NCBI GenBank assembly: GCA_903842505.1
Contig: CAIMMI010000351.1
Coordinates: 261-64,260 of the forward strand
Source: an uncultured Verrucomicrobiota bacterium
Lineage (GTDB): Bacteria; Verrucomicrobiota; Verrucomicrobiia; Limisphaerales; UBA9464
Length of the DNA: 64,000 nt
Direction: 5' to 3'
Position numbers and translations under genes: made by a program. Shown in pieces: positions 52,629 to 61,394 of the stretch; the stretch's first letter is position 1, and every line of letters begins with the position of its first letter. Below the pieces are notes generated by a model. That model was given only the letters and a program-made list of their open reading frames with translations. It searched no databases and was not told the DNA's origin.

Positions 52629-54676
52629 CAGAACGCGTAGCTGAGCTTGATGCGGAAGGTTCGCCCATCCTGTTGCAGGAGTCGCTGGGTCAGTTCGGAT
52701 CCGGTCGGATCGGAGTACTGCCGGTCAAACAGGTTGTAGACGGAGGCGGACAACTCCAGACCGCTGACCCATTGGTAGGAGAAGAGGGTCAGGTTGGCGA
52801 CAAATTGGGGGTCTGAAGGGATGTCGTTCCCGGCATGCCGGTGCGAGAGGTAGCGTCCCTCGATCCCGGCGGTGAGGCGATCCGTCCAGAGAGGGACGAT
52901 CAACTGCCCCTGGACGATGTGGCGGGGGGAGTTGCTGAGGCTCACGGACGCCTGACGGTCCTCCGCGCTCTGGCCGGCGTAGCCGAGTCGAGCGCGCCAG
53001 CCGTTCCCGAAGCGGGCATCCAGTTCGGCCTCGACGCCCTGGCCGCGGGCCTGGTCGACATTCCGATAGACGAGGAGATTGTCGGAGGGGTCTACGATCT
53101 GGTTGATCAGGTCTTCAGCCTGGAAGCGGTAGGCGGAGAGGGAGAGGCGAAAGTGTTTTCCGAGTTGCTGCTCGAGGGCCAGTTCGTAGGTCTGGATCGA
53201 TTCCGGTTTGAGGTCCGGGTTGGTCTTCTGGGTGTTGTTGCCGTCGGTGTAGTACGTCTCGTAGGCGTTTGGCGCCCGGAAAGCCGTTCCGTAGATGGCC
53301 TTGAGGGTGGTGCCGGGAAGCGCCTGCCAGATGCCCGCGAAGCGGGGGTTCCACGATTCCGGCCCGAGCGAGTACTGGTCGTAGCGGCCGCCCAGGGAAA
53401 GCGTCACGGGCTCAATGACCTTCCAGTCCGACTGGGCGTAGGCGCCCCATAGGCTGGATGAACGAGTGTCGGAAAGCGTGTTGAACTGAGGGTCCTTCGA
53501 GAACGTGAACTGGTCCTGCTGGACGTTCTGCCGGCCTTCGAACCCTCCGGTCAGCGTCACGCGCTCCCAGAATTCGCGGCGGACCAGCAGTTCCTCGCCG
53601 ATCCAGCGCGCCCGGGAGTTGTCATATTCGAGGACGGGAACCCCCGGGAATGCGGGGCCGGCATCCGAATAGGCGTAACGCCCGTCGTAATCGTTCTGGT
53701 TGATGGCCAGGTTGGCGACGAGCTCGATTTCGTTTTCTAACTGGTGCTCCAACCGGATCCTCCCGTAGGCCTGCATGTCGGTCGTCTCGTTCCGGGGATC
53801 ACCGAAGATAGACTCGTAAGGGGCGGTTGGCAGCTGCTTGAACCGGTTGACGTAACCGAACTCAAGGCTCAGGCCCTTCCAGGCAACCCGGCCCAGGGCA
53901 TTCTGGGCTTCCTCATGGTCGAGGCCGATGGCCCGGCCATTGGAACCGGGAGGGGAATCGAACTCCGGGTAGTACAGGGAATCCCAGCCGTCCCGATTCA
54001 TCAGCGTGCCGGAAAGGAGGAATTCCACCTCGTTGTCCCAGCGATGGCCCAGGGAGATCCGACCCTTGTAGTAGCCCGGGCTGCCGCCCTCAAAAGAGGC
54101 CTCGCCGGCGCGGAAGGACCCGGGTTCGCGGGTGATGACGTTGATCACACCGAAGAAGGCGCTGCTGCCGTACATGGCCGAACCCGGGCCGCGCACGATC
54201 TCGACCCGCTCGATCAGGTCGACGTCGAGAACGAACTCATTGCCGATGAGCGCCCCCTCGGTCAGGCCGTCGTTGATCCGCTGGCCGTTGACGAGGAACA
54301 GGACCCGCGAGTTGTAATCGCCCGGGCGACTGAACCCACGGGTGCCGAGATAGGAGTAGTTGCGGTCGTAGGAGACGTAGAAGCCGCGGACGCCGCGAAG
54401 GACATCGGCGAGCGTCTGGTAGCCGAGATGCTGGATCTGTTCGCGATCGACGACGGTGATCGAAGCGGGGGCGTCCGTAGTGAGCTGCGACCGCTTCGAG
54501 GCGGCGGTCACGCTCTCGACCTTGACCTCCAGCAGTTCCTCGAGGCTCAGCTGCGAAAGGTCGGTGGCGTCTGAAGCCTGAGCCTGGAAGGCACGAAAAA
54601 GCGCGACCACGCCGAGCACGACTGGACGGATCTTTCTTTTGGCCACCTGAGCAGGGGAAGGGGTGGAAATCGACAT
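52628..54676 (-). CDS. TonB-dependent receptor
   Basis: Signal peptide, plug (ITVVDREQIQHLGYQTLADVLRGVRGF...LVNGQRIND), a 22-strand-type barrel, and a C-terminus ...GRTFRIKLSYAF. The stop overlaps the YfiR-like start by 1 nt. Confidence 0.85.
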   Translation of the reverse strand: MSISTPSPAQVAKRKIRPVVLGVVALFRAFQAQASDATDLSQLSLEELLEVKVESVTAASKRSQLTTDAPASITVVDREQIQHLGYQTLADVLRGVRGFYVSYDRNYSYLGTRGFSRPGDYNSRVLFLVNGQRINDGLTEGALIGNEFVLDVDLIERVEIVRGPGSAMYGSSAFFGVINVITREPGSFRAGEASFEGGSPGYYKGRISLGHRWDNEVEFLLSGTLMNRDGWDSLYYPEFDSPPGSNGRAIGLDHEEAQNALGRVAWKGLSLEFGYVNRFKQLPTAPYESIFGDPRNETTDMQAYGRIRLEHQLENEIELVANLAINQNDYDGRYAYSDAGPAFPGVPVLEYDNSRARWIGEELLVRREFWERVTLTGGFEGRQNVQQDQFTFSKDPQFNTLSDTRSSSLWGAYAQSDWKVIEPVTLSLGGRYDQYSLGPESWNPRFAGIWQALPGTTLKAIYGTAFRAPNAYETYYTDGNNTQKTNPDLKPESIQTYELALEQQLGKHFRLSLSAYRFQAEDLINQIVDPSDNLLVYRNVDQARGQGVEAELDARFGNGWRARLGYAGQSAEDRQASVSLSNSPRHIVQGQLIVPLWTDRLTAGIEGRYLSHRHAGNDIPSDPQFVANLTLFSYQWVSGLELSASVYNLFDRQYSDPTGSELTQRLLQQDGRTFRIKLSYAF

Positions 54677-54800
54677 GGAGAACAGGGTCCCTCGGTCGGC
54701 AGGTTAATCGACGTCGATCCGGGATAACGAGTACGTTTTTGGGGATGGTGAGGGAGGGTTTGGGGTGGGCCTGACGCTGGGGAACAGGGTGGCTTGGACC

Positions 54801-54818
54801 TTGTGAAAGAATTCACAA
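54801..54818. promoter_or_regulatory. CRP/FNR-family-type palindrome TTGTGA-N6-TCACAA upstream of nuoB
   Basis: ttgtgaaagaattcacaa is a perfect TGTGA-N6-TCACA site in an AT-rich patch, 76 nt upstream of the nuoB ATG and 125 nt upstream of the divergent TonB-dependent receptor start. Confidence 0.4.
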
Positions 54819-54893
54819 AAGCCGCTTGCAGGGCCGGAAAGCCAACCATAGCTTGCGGCGGTTCGTAGCCCGCCGGCCCGGGCCTCAATCCCT

Positions 54894-55505
54894 ATGGAGA
54901 CCACAGCGCTGACGCCTTCCACCCGCCTACAGACCGAGTTCGGATACAACTCGAAGATCGAGGGCGAGGTTGTCCACACTCAGTTGGATTCCGCCTTGAA
55001 CTGGTTCCGCAAGAACTCGTTGTGGCCGATGCCGATGGGGTTGGCGTGCTGTGCGATCGAGTTGATGGCGGCGGGTGCGAGCCGGTTCGACATCAGCCGG
55101 TTCGGGTCCGAGGTCATGCGGTTTTCGCCCCGTCAATCGGACGTCATGATCGTGGCCGGTACCGTGACTTACAAGATGGCCCTGGCGGTGCGCCGGATCT
55201 ACGAACAGATGGCCGAACCGAAGTGGGTGATCGCGATGGGCGCGTGCGCTTCGACCGGAGGAATGTACCGCTCTTACGCGGTCCTTCAGGGTGTGGACAA
55301 CATCGTGCCGGTGGATGTCTATGTTGCCGGTTGTCCTCCGCGTCCGGAAGCGCTGCTCGACGCCTTGATCAAGCTTCAGGAGAAGGTGGGACGTGAGCCG
55401 ATCACCAAGACCCTCAAGAGGGACGTCGCCCCGCTGAAGTACGGTCGCCTGGGACTGGAGATTTCGGCGACGAGCATCGAGGAAACCCGGAAAAACAAGG
55501 CCTGA
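54894..55505 (+). CDS. nuoB: NADH-quinone oxidoreductase subunit B
   Basis: The N2 cluster ligand motifs [16 protein letters not shown] and GCPPRPE are present. Confidence 0.9.
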   Translation: METTALTPSTRLQTEFGYNSKIEGEVVHTQLDSALNWFRKNSLWPMPMGLACCAIELMAAGASRFDISRFGSEVMRFSPRQSDVMIVAGTVTYKMALAVRRIYEQMAEPKWVIAMGACASTGGMYRSYAVLQGVDNIVPVDVYVAGCPPRPEALLDALIKLQEKVGREPITKTLKRDVAPLKYGRLGLEISATSIEETRKNKA

Positions 55506-55507
55506 CA

Positions 55508-56089
55508 GTGGCATCTGCTCTCGAATTGGCACGGCAACTCCGGGAGGCATTCCCGGAACAGATTGCGGCACCCACGGAGTTCCGTGGCGAGGTGACGCTG
55601 GTGGTGCTGGATCCCGAAAAGGTTCCCGATGTGTGCCGCCACGCGAAGGAGACGCTGGGTTTCGACATGCTTCTGGACCTGTCGAGCGTCGACAACTACG
55701 GGGATGATCCCCGGTGGTTGGTGGTGTACGAGCTGTTGGGGTTGGCGCACGGCCAGCACCTGCGGTTGAAGACGGCCGTATCCGAGGAAAAATCCGGGTT
55801 GCCGACCGTTTCTGCCATCTGGCGCACGGCGGATTGGCATGAGCGTGAGGTATTTGACATGATGGGGATCCGTTTTTCGGGTCACCCGGACCTTCGACGG
55901 ATCCTGATGTGGGATGGCTACCCGTATCATCCGCTTCGCAAGGATTTCCCGTTGGCGGGGAAGGAAACCTCGCTTCCGGAAGTGGCATTTACACGGCAGG
56001 CACCGTTGGAGGGTGGGCCGTTCGTGACGGTGGCCAGCACGGCCGAGAGCATTGCCCGCGAGCCGCGGGCCCGGAATCCCCAGGAGTAA
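55508..56089 (+). CDS. nuoC: NADH-quinone oxidoreductase subunit C
   Basis: GTG start. WRTADWHEREVFDMMGIRFSGHPDLRRIL is the NuoC signature. Confidence 0.9.
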   Translation: MASALELARQLREAFPEQIAAPTEFRGEVTLVVLDPEKVPDVCRHAKETLGFDMLLDLSSVDNYGDDPRWLVVYELLGLAHGQHLRLKTAVSEEKSGLPTVSAIWRTADWHEREVFDMMGIRFSGHPDLRRILMWDGYPYHPLRKDFPLAGKETSLPEVAFTRQAPLEGGPFVTVASTAESIAREPRARNPQE

Positions 56090-56101
56090 GGCGAGTTCCC
56101 C

Positions 56102-57382
56102 ATGGCGACTTCCCAGACCATCGAGTTTCGCGATCCCGGCGTTCGGGCGGCGGCATCTGCTGCTTCGGCCGACGAGTTACAGGACCTGCACGGCGACAAG
56201 CTGGTGCTCAACATGGGTCCGTCCCATCCGTCGACGCACGGCGTGCTGCGGGTGTTGATCGAAATGGACGGTGAGACGATCACCAAGGCCATGCCGGACC
56301 TCGGATACCTGCACCGCGGGGACGAGAAGATCGCGGAGAACATGACCTATAACCAGTTCATCCCTTATACGGATCGACTGGACTACCTGGCGCCGTTGGC
56401 GAACAACGTGGCGTACGCACTGGCGGTGGAGAAGTTGCTGGGCATCCATGATTCCCTGCCTGCCCGTTGCCAGTACATCCGGGTGATCTGCTGCGAATTG
56501 GCGCGGATTTCGGCGCACCTTCTGGGTTTGGGGGCGTTCGCGATGGATGTGGGTGCATTGACGGTGTTCCTGCACACGTTCACGGAGCGCGAGAAGATCT
56601 ATAATTTTGCGGAATGGCTGACGGGAGCGCGTTTCACGACGAGCTATACCCGGATCGGCGGCGTGACCCGGGACCTGCCCGAGGGCTGGGCGGCGAAGGT
56701 CCTGAAATTCTGTGACGAGGTCCTGGTGACCTTGGCGGATGTGGACCGGTTGCTGACGCGCAATCCGATCTTCGTGAACCGCACCCGCGAAGTCGGTGTG
56801 ATCACGAAGGCGCAAGCGATCACGTACGGAATCACGGGTCCGAACCTTCGGGGAAGCGGCGTGGATTACGACGTCCGGAAGGCCGCCCCCTACCTTTGCT
56901 ACAAGGACCTGGAGTTCGACATTCCGGTGGGCTCCGTGGGTGACTGCTACGACCGTTACCAGGTCCGGCAGGAGGAGATGCGCCAGAGCGTGCGCATCCT
57001 GCGCCAGGCTTTGCAGCGGTTGCCGGGCGGGTACGAAAACACCTCGCATGAACCGGTGCAGGTGGCGGATGGCAAGGTGTTCCTGCCGCCCAAGGCGAAG
57101 GTCCTGACGAGCATGGAGGAGTTGATCCACCAGTTCATGCTCGTGACCCAGGGGATCAACGCCCCGGTGGGTGAGGTTTACTTTGGTGCGGAGAATCCGA
57201 AGGGCGAACTCGGGTTCTACATTCATTCGAGGGGTGGTGGAACGCCGCACCGCCTCAAGATCCGCGCCCCATCGTTCGTCAACCTGAGCATTCTTCCCGA
57301 AATCCTTCCCGGCCACCTGATGAGTGACGTCGTCTCGATCCTGGGATCGATCGACTTCGTGATGGGTGAGGCGGACCGGTAA
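56102..57382 (+). CDS. nuoD: NADH-quinone oxidoreductase subunit D
   Basis: LNMGPSHPSTHGVLR, DRLDY and the end ...LGSIDFVMGEADR are NuoD signatures. It is separate from nuoC (not fused). Confidence 0.9.
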   Translation: MATSQTIEFRDPGVRAAASAASADELQDLHGDKLVLNMGPSHPSTHGVLRVLIEMDGETITKAMPDLGYLHRGDEKIAENMTYNQFIPYTDRLDYLAPLANNVAYALAVEKLLGIHDSLPARCQYIRVICCELARISAHLLGLGAFAMDVGALTVFLHTFTEREKIYNFAEWLTGARFTTSYTRIGGVTRDLPEGWAAKVLKFCDEVLVTLADVDRLLTRNPIFVNRTREVGVITKAQAITYGITGPNLRGSGVDYDVRKAAPYLCYKDLEFDIPVGSVGDCYDRYQVRQEEMRQSVRILRQALQRLPGGYENTSHEPVQVADGKVFLPPKAKVLTSMEELIHQFMLVTQGINAPVGEVYFGAENPKGELGFYIHSRGGGTPHRLKIRAPSFVNLSILPEILPGHLMSDVVSILGSIDFVMGEADR

Positions 57383-57395
57383 CCCAGCCTGAGAC

Positions 57396-57881
57396 ATGAG
57401 CTTTACCGTCCCTGCCAAACTGGAGGCCCAGCTGGATGAGCTGACCACGCATTACCCGCAGAAGCGGAGTGCGTCGCTGATGTTCCTGCACGCGTTGCAG
57501 GAGCATTTTGGATACGTGTCCCCGGAAGCGGTCGACTGGACAGCCCGGAAGCTGGGCTTGCAGCCGATCAACGTTCAGGAGTTGGTCACGTTCTATCCGA
57601 TGTTCCGGCAGCAGCCGCTGGGCAAGACGCAGGTGAAGGTCTGCCGCACACTGAGTTGCTCCCTGGCTGGCTCTGATTCGATCCGGAAGCACTTTGTCGA
57701 GAAGCTGGGTCTGGATGCGCACAAGCACGGACCGCAGACCACCGCCGATGGCAAGTTCACGGTGGAGTTCGTTGAGTGCCTGGCAAGCTGTGGTACGGCT
57801 CCGGTCGTGATGGTGAACGACGATCTCGTCGAAAAATGCACGGCAGCAGACTGCGATCGGATCCTGTCGAAAGGACGCTGA
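57396..57881 (+). CDS. nuoE: NADH-quinone oxidoreductase subunit E
   Basis: The 2Fe-2S ligands are VCRTLSCSLAG ... ECLASCGTAP. Confidence 0.9.
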   Translation: MSFTVPAKLEAQLDELTTHYPQKRSASLMFLHALQEHFGYVSPEAVDWTARKLGLQPINVQELVTFYPMFRQQPLGKTQVKVCRTLSCSLAGSDSIRKHFVEKLGLDAHKHGPQTTADGKFTVEFVECLASCGTAPVVMVNDDLVEKCTAADCDRILSKGR

Positions 57882-58117
57882 CCCCCCCCATGATTTCCAT
57901 TGCGACAACGGAGATGAACCCGGCGGGCCTGATGGGCTCGGATCGGGAATTCGTGGTCGCTGGAGTGCGAGGGTTTCTGGGCTTTCCGTTGGTTGAAACC
58001 GCTGGTTTTGCTGGGGTTTCCCGGCGTCAACGCGGTGCTTCCCTCGTGCGGACGATCCGTGGGGGGAAGTCTGGGAAGACTGTGAAGGCTACCTTCAAGA
58101 AGGCCAACTCGGTGAGT

Positions 58118-58191
58118 TGGCTGCCCGACATGGATTTGAACCATGACAAACAGATCCAGAGTCTGCTGTGCTACCGTTACACCATCGGGCA
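58118..58191 (-). tRNA. tRNA-Gln (anticodon CUG), CCA encoded
   Basis: Hand-folded cloverleaf from the minus strand: TGCCCGA TG GTGT AACGGTA GCAC A GCAGA CTCTGGA TCTGT TTGT CATGG TTCAAAT CCATG TCGGGCA G CCA. It has a 7-bp acceptor stem, 5-bp anticodon and T stems, U33, anticodon CTG, and a TTCAAAT T-loop. U1:A72 and G73 are typical of bacterial tRNA-Gln. Confidence 0.85.
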
Positions 58192-58242
58192 GTCGATAGG
58201 CCGGTTACGCTAGCGGGGAATTCGTTGGAGTCAAGTATCACC

Positions 58243-59649
58243 ATGCCTCAAGAGCAAAGACTCATCCTGAAGCACGCCGATCAGCCGGGTTATACGCCCG
58301 ACATCGAGTGCTATATGCGCCACGGCGGATACGAGGCCCTTCGCAAGGCCTTGGCGACCCCGGGCCGTGATCTTCCCGATGGCAAGAAGCAGACGCCCCG
58401 GGAAGTGATCCGTGACGAAGTCCTGAAGTCCGGCCTGCGCGGTCGCGGCGGCGCCGGTTTTTCGGCCGGGCTGAAGTGGAGCTTCGTGGATCGTCGGAGC
58501 GGCAAACCGATTTACCTCATCTGCAACGCGGATGAATCCGAGCCCGGGACGTTCAAGGACCGGCAGATCCTCCATAAGGATCCGCACCAGCTGGTCGAAG
58601 GCATGATCATCTCGTGCTGGGCGAACGACGTGAAGCTCGCCTACATCTACATCCGGGGCGAGATGCCGCATGCGGCGCGACTCCTGAACAAGGCGTTGGA
58701 CGAGGCGCGGGCCAAGGGTTTCCTCGGAAAGGATATCCTCGGTTCCGGGACAGAACTGGAGATCCACGTGCATCGGGGCGCCGGAGCCTACATCTGTGGC
58801 GAGGAGACCGGCCTGATCGAGTCCCTCGAAGGCAAGCGTCCGTACCCGCGGATCAAGCCGCCGTACTTCCCGGCTGTGCTCGGGTTGTACATGTGCCCGA
58901 CGATCGTGAACAACGTCGAGACGCTCTGTCACGTCCGTCACATCGTGAACATGGGTGGTGCGGAGTATGCGAAGCTCGGCACGCCGAACAACACGGGGAC
59001 TCGGATCATCTCGCTGAGCGGCGACGTGAAGAATCCGGGTTACTTCGAGGTTGAGGTCGGCAAGGTCACGTTGGGTGAGGTCATTTACCACGAGAACTTC
59101 GGCGGCGGGCTGAAGCCGGGCCGGACGCTGAAGGCGATCATCCCGGGTGGGTCCTCATCGAAGGTCCTGAAGGCCGGTGAGAAGTTCAAATTGCGGAAGA
59201 AGGGGCCGGACGGGCAGATGGTCGCGGTCGAGACCGACCTGCTGGACCTGCCGTACGACTTCGATTCGCTGCAGCAGGCCGGCACGATGTCGGGTTCCGG
59301 TGCGGTGATCGTGATGGACGACACCCGCGAGATCGTCGATGTGCTGGCGAACGTGTCCGAGTTCTACGCCCACGAGAGCTGCGGCCAGTGCACTCCGTGT
59401 CGTGAAGGCGCGCTGTGGATGTCCAAGGCGCTTCACCGCATGACGACCGGTGGCGGTCGCAGCCAGGATGCGGACTACCTACTCCACATCGCGCAGAACA
59501 TCCAGGGCCGCACGATCTGCGCCTTTGGCGAAGCGGCCGCTTGGCCTGTGCTTTCCTTTGTGAAGAAGTTCAAGGACGACTTCGTTGCGCGCGGCAAGGC
59601 GGACGAGGAAGCCCGGGCCAAGGGGATCGTCCCCGCCTCCCACCACTGA
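58243..59649 (+). CDS. nuoF: NADH-quinone oxidoreductase subunit F
   Basis: ATG 58243 gives MPQEQRLILKH.... The motifs are GRGGAGF, GAGAYICGEETGLIESLEG (FMN/NADH) and ESCGQCTPCREG (N3 cluster). Confidence 0.9.
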   Translation: MPQEQRLILKHADQPGYTPDIECYMRHGGYEALRKALATPGRDLPDGKKQTPREVIRDEVLKSGLRGRGGAGFSAGLKWSFVDRRSGKPIYLICNADESEPGTFKDRQILHKDPHQLVEGMIISCWANDVKLAYIYIRGEMPHAARLLNKALDEARAKGFLGKDILGSGTELEIHVHRGAGAYICGEETGLIESLEGKRPYPRIKPPYFPAVLGLYMCPTIVNNVETLCHVRHIVNMGGAEYAKLGTPNNTGTRIISLSGDVKNPGYFEVEVGKVTLGEVIYHENFGGGLKPGRTLKAIIPGGSSSKVLKAGEKFKLRKKGPDGQMVAVETDLLDLPYDFDSLQQAGTMSGSGAVIVMDDTREIVDVLANVSEFYAHESCGQCTPCREGALWMSKALHRMTTGGGRSQDADYLLHIAQNIQGRTICAFGEAAAWPVLSFVKKFKDDFVARGKADEEARAKGIVPASHH

Positions 59650-59665
59650 ACTGAACATTTCGACC

Positions 59666-61381
59666 ATGTCCAACGCAGCGACCACCGCCCCAGCGCCCGC
59701 AGCGCCGCCTCCCGTCGAGAAGATCCGGATCAAGGTCGACGGCCGCGACATCGACGTGCCGAAGCTCATGCCGGACTGGCAGGGCAAGCTCGTTCCCACA
59801 ACGATGCTGCAGGCATGTCAGATCGCCGCCCAGGAGGTTCCGCATTACTGCTACCATCCGAAGCTTCCGATCGCAGGCAATTGCCGCATGTGCCTCGTGG
59901 AGTTCGGCACGCCGGTCATGGATCCGGCGACCAAGAAGCCGGTCCTGAATGAGGATGGCTCGCCGAAGATTGCCCGTTCGGTGCTTCCCTACGAGCCGCA
60001 GACGCCGCGCGGTGCCATCGCCTGCGCGACGCCGATCTCGCCGGGGATGGAGATCTATCCGTCCTCGCCCGCGACGAAGCAGATGCGGGAGTCCGTGCTC
60101 GAATCCCTGCTGATCAACCATCCTCTCGACTGTCCGATCTGCGATCAGGCCGGCGAGTGCAAGCTGCAGGAGTACTCGGTCCAGCACGGACAGGCGGCTT
60201 CCCGGTTCGTCGAGCCCAAGGTCCACAAGCCGAAGGCGGTTGACCTCGGGCCGCGGATCGTCCTCGACGACGAGCGCTGCGTCCTGTGCACGCGTTGCAT
60301 CCGGTTTACGCGAGACATTGCCGGGGACGATGCCCTGGGCATCGTGAACCGCGGTTCCTACAACACGATCTCGGCCGCTCCGGGGAAGCAGTTCGACAAC
60401 AACTACTCGCTCAACACCGTCGACATCTGTCCGGTGGGCGCGCTGACGTCGAAGGATTTCCGGTTCAAGATGCGCGTCTGGTTCCTCAAGGAGACCAAGA
60501 GCGTCTGCACCTCGTGCTCCACGGGATGCAACATCACGATCGGATCGCGGGAGAACGTCGTCCACCGGTTCGAACCGCGGGACAACGACGCGGTGAACGC
60601 GAGTTGGATGTGCGACTCGGGTCGCCTGAACTACCAGTGGATCGGGCGGGCTGACCGCCTGCAGGACGTTCTGGTGAAGGGTGTGAAGTCCAACTGGACA
60701 CAGGCGCTGGGTGAGATCCAGACGCTGTTGCGCAATGCCGCTGAGGGCAGTGTGGCGATCATCGCCAGTGCTCGCCAGACCACCGAGGAACTGTACCTGC
60801 TGCGCCGGCTTTCCGTTCGGGTGGGCGCGCTGACCGATGCGGTCGAGCGCGAGGGTGAGGCCGACCGGCTTCTGGTCAGTGCCGACCGCAACCCGAACAG
60901 TCAGGGCGCGCGCCTCACCGGCATCGCCTACACGGAGATCGGGATCTCGATTCCGTCGATCGCGGGTGGCATCCGGTCCGGCCGGATCCGGACGTTGATC
61001 GTGGTGGGTGAGGACGTGACGAAGGCGGGAATCGATGCCGCTTTGCTGGCGAAGCTCGATACCCTGATCGTGAGCGACATCCTGCCGAGCGCGACGACGG
61101 CGGCGGCGCACTACCTGTTGCCGGGATGCGCGCATGCGGAGAAGCGTGGGACGTTCATCAACGGCAAGGGGCGGGTGCAGAAGTTTCTCAAGGCTGTGGA
61201 ACCGCGGGGCGATGCGCGTCCCGAGTGGGAATTCCTGGCCGAGTTGGCGAAGGCACTCGGGGCGGTCGAGGGATTCTCGACGATCGAAGGTCTTTTCAAC
61301 CGCATGGCTTCGGAGTTGCCGGCCTTGGCTGGCGTCGAATGGGCGAAGCTGGGCGACACCGGAGTGACCGTTCCCGTCTGA
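59666..61381 (+). CDS. nuoG: NADH-quinone oxidoreductase subunit G (short form)
   Basis: ATG 59666. The motifs are HYCYHPKLPIAGNCRMCLVE (N1b), NHPLDCPICDQAGECKLQ (N5), CVLCTRCIRF and CPVGALT (N4). Confidence 0.85.
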   Translation: MSNAATTAPAPAAPPPVEKIRIKVDGRDIDVPKLMPDWQGKLVPTTMLQACQIAAQEVPHYCYHPKLPIAGNCRMCLVEFGTPVMDPATKKPVLNEDGSPKIARSVLPYEPQTPRGAIACATPISPGMEIYPSSPATKQMRESVLESLLINHPLDCPICDQAGECKLQEYSVQHGQAASRFVEPKVHKPKAVDLGPRIVLDDERCVLCTRCIRFTRDIAGDDALGIVNRGSYNTISAAPGKQFDNNYSLNTVDICPVGALTSKDFRFKMRVWFLKETKSVCTSCSTGCNITIGSRENVVHRFEPRDNDAVNASWMCDSGRLNYQWIGRADRLQDVLVKGVKSNWTQALGEIQTLLRNAAEGSVAIIASARQTTEELYLLRRLSVRVGALTDAVEREGEADRLLVSADRNPNSQGARLTGIAYTEIGISIPSIAGGIRSGRIRTLIVVGEDVTKAGIDAALLAKLDTLIVSDILPSATTAAAHYLLPGCAHAEKRGTFINGKGRVQKFLKAVEPRGDARPEWEFLAELAKALGAVEGFSTIEGLFNRMASELPALAGVEWAKLGDTGVTVPV

Positions 61382-61394
61382 AAGAGGATCATCC

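Noticed and set aside
57882-58117. Integrated element or attachment-site remnant next to the tRNA-Gln, and ORFs 57593..58144(-) / 57776..58213(+).
   Set aside because: There is no integrase, no direct repeat of the tRNA 3' end, and the ORFs overlap nuoE or the tRNA with junk-like composition. I found no second tRNA-like fold by eye.
59800-60010. About 35-aa insertion in the NuoG 2Fe-2S domain (CRMCLVEFG-TPVMDPATKKPVLNEDGSPKIARSVLPYEPQTPRG-AIACATP).
   Set aside because: As I recall, Thermus Nqo3 has a comparable insertion at the same place, so this is a known NuoG/Nqo3 variant rather than a novelty.
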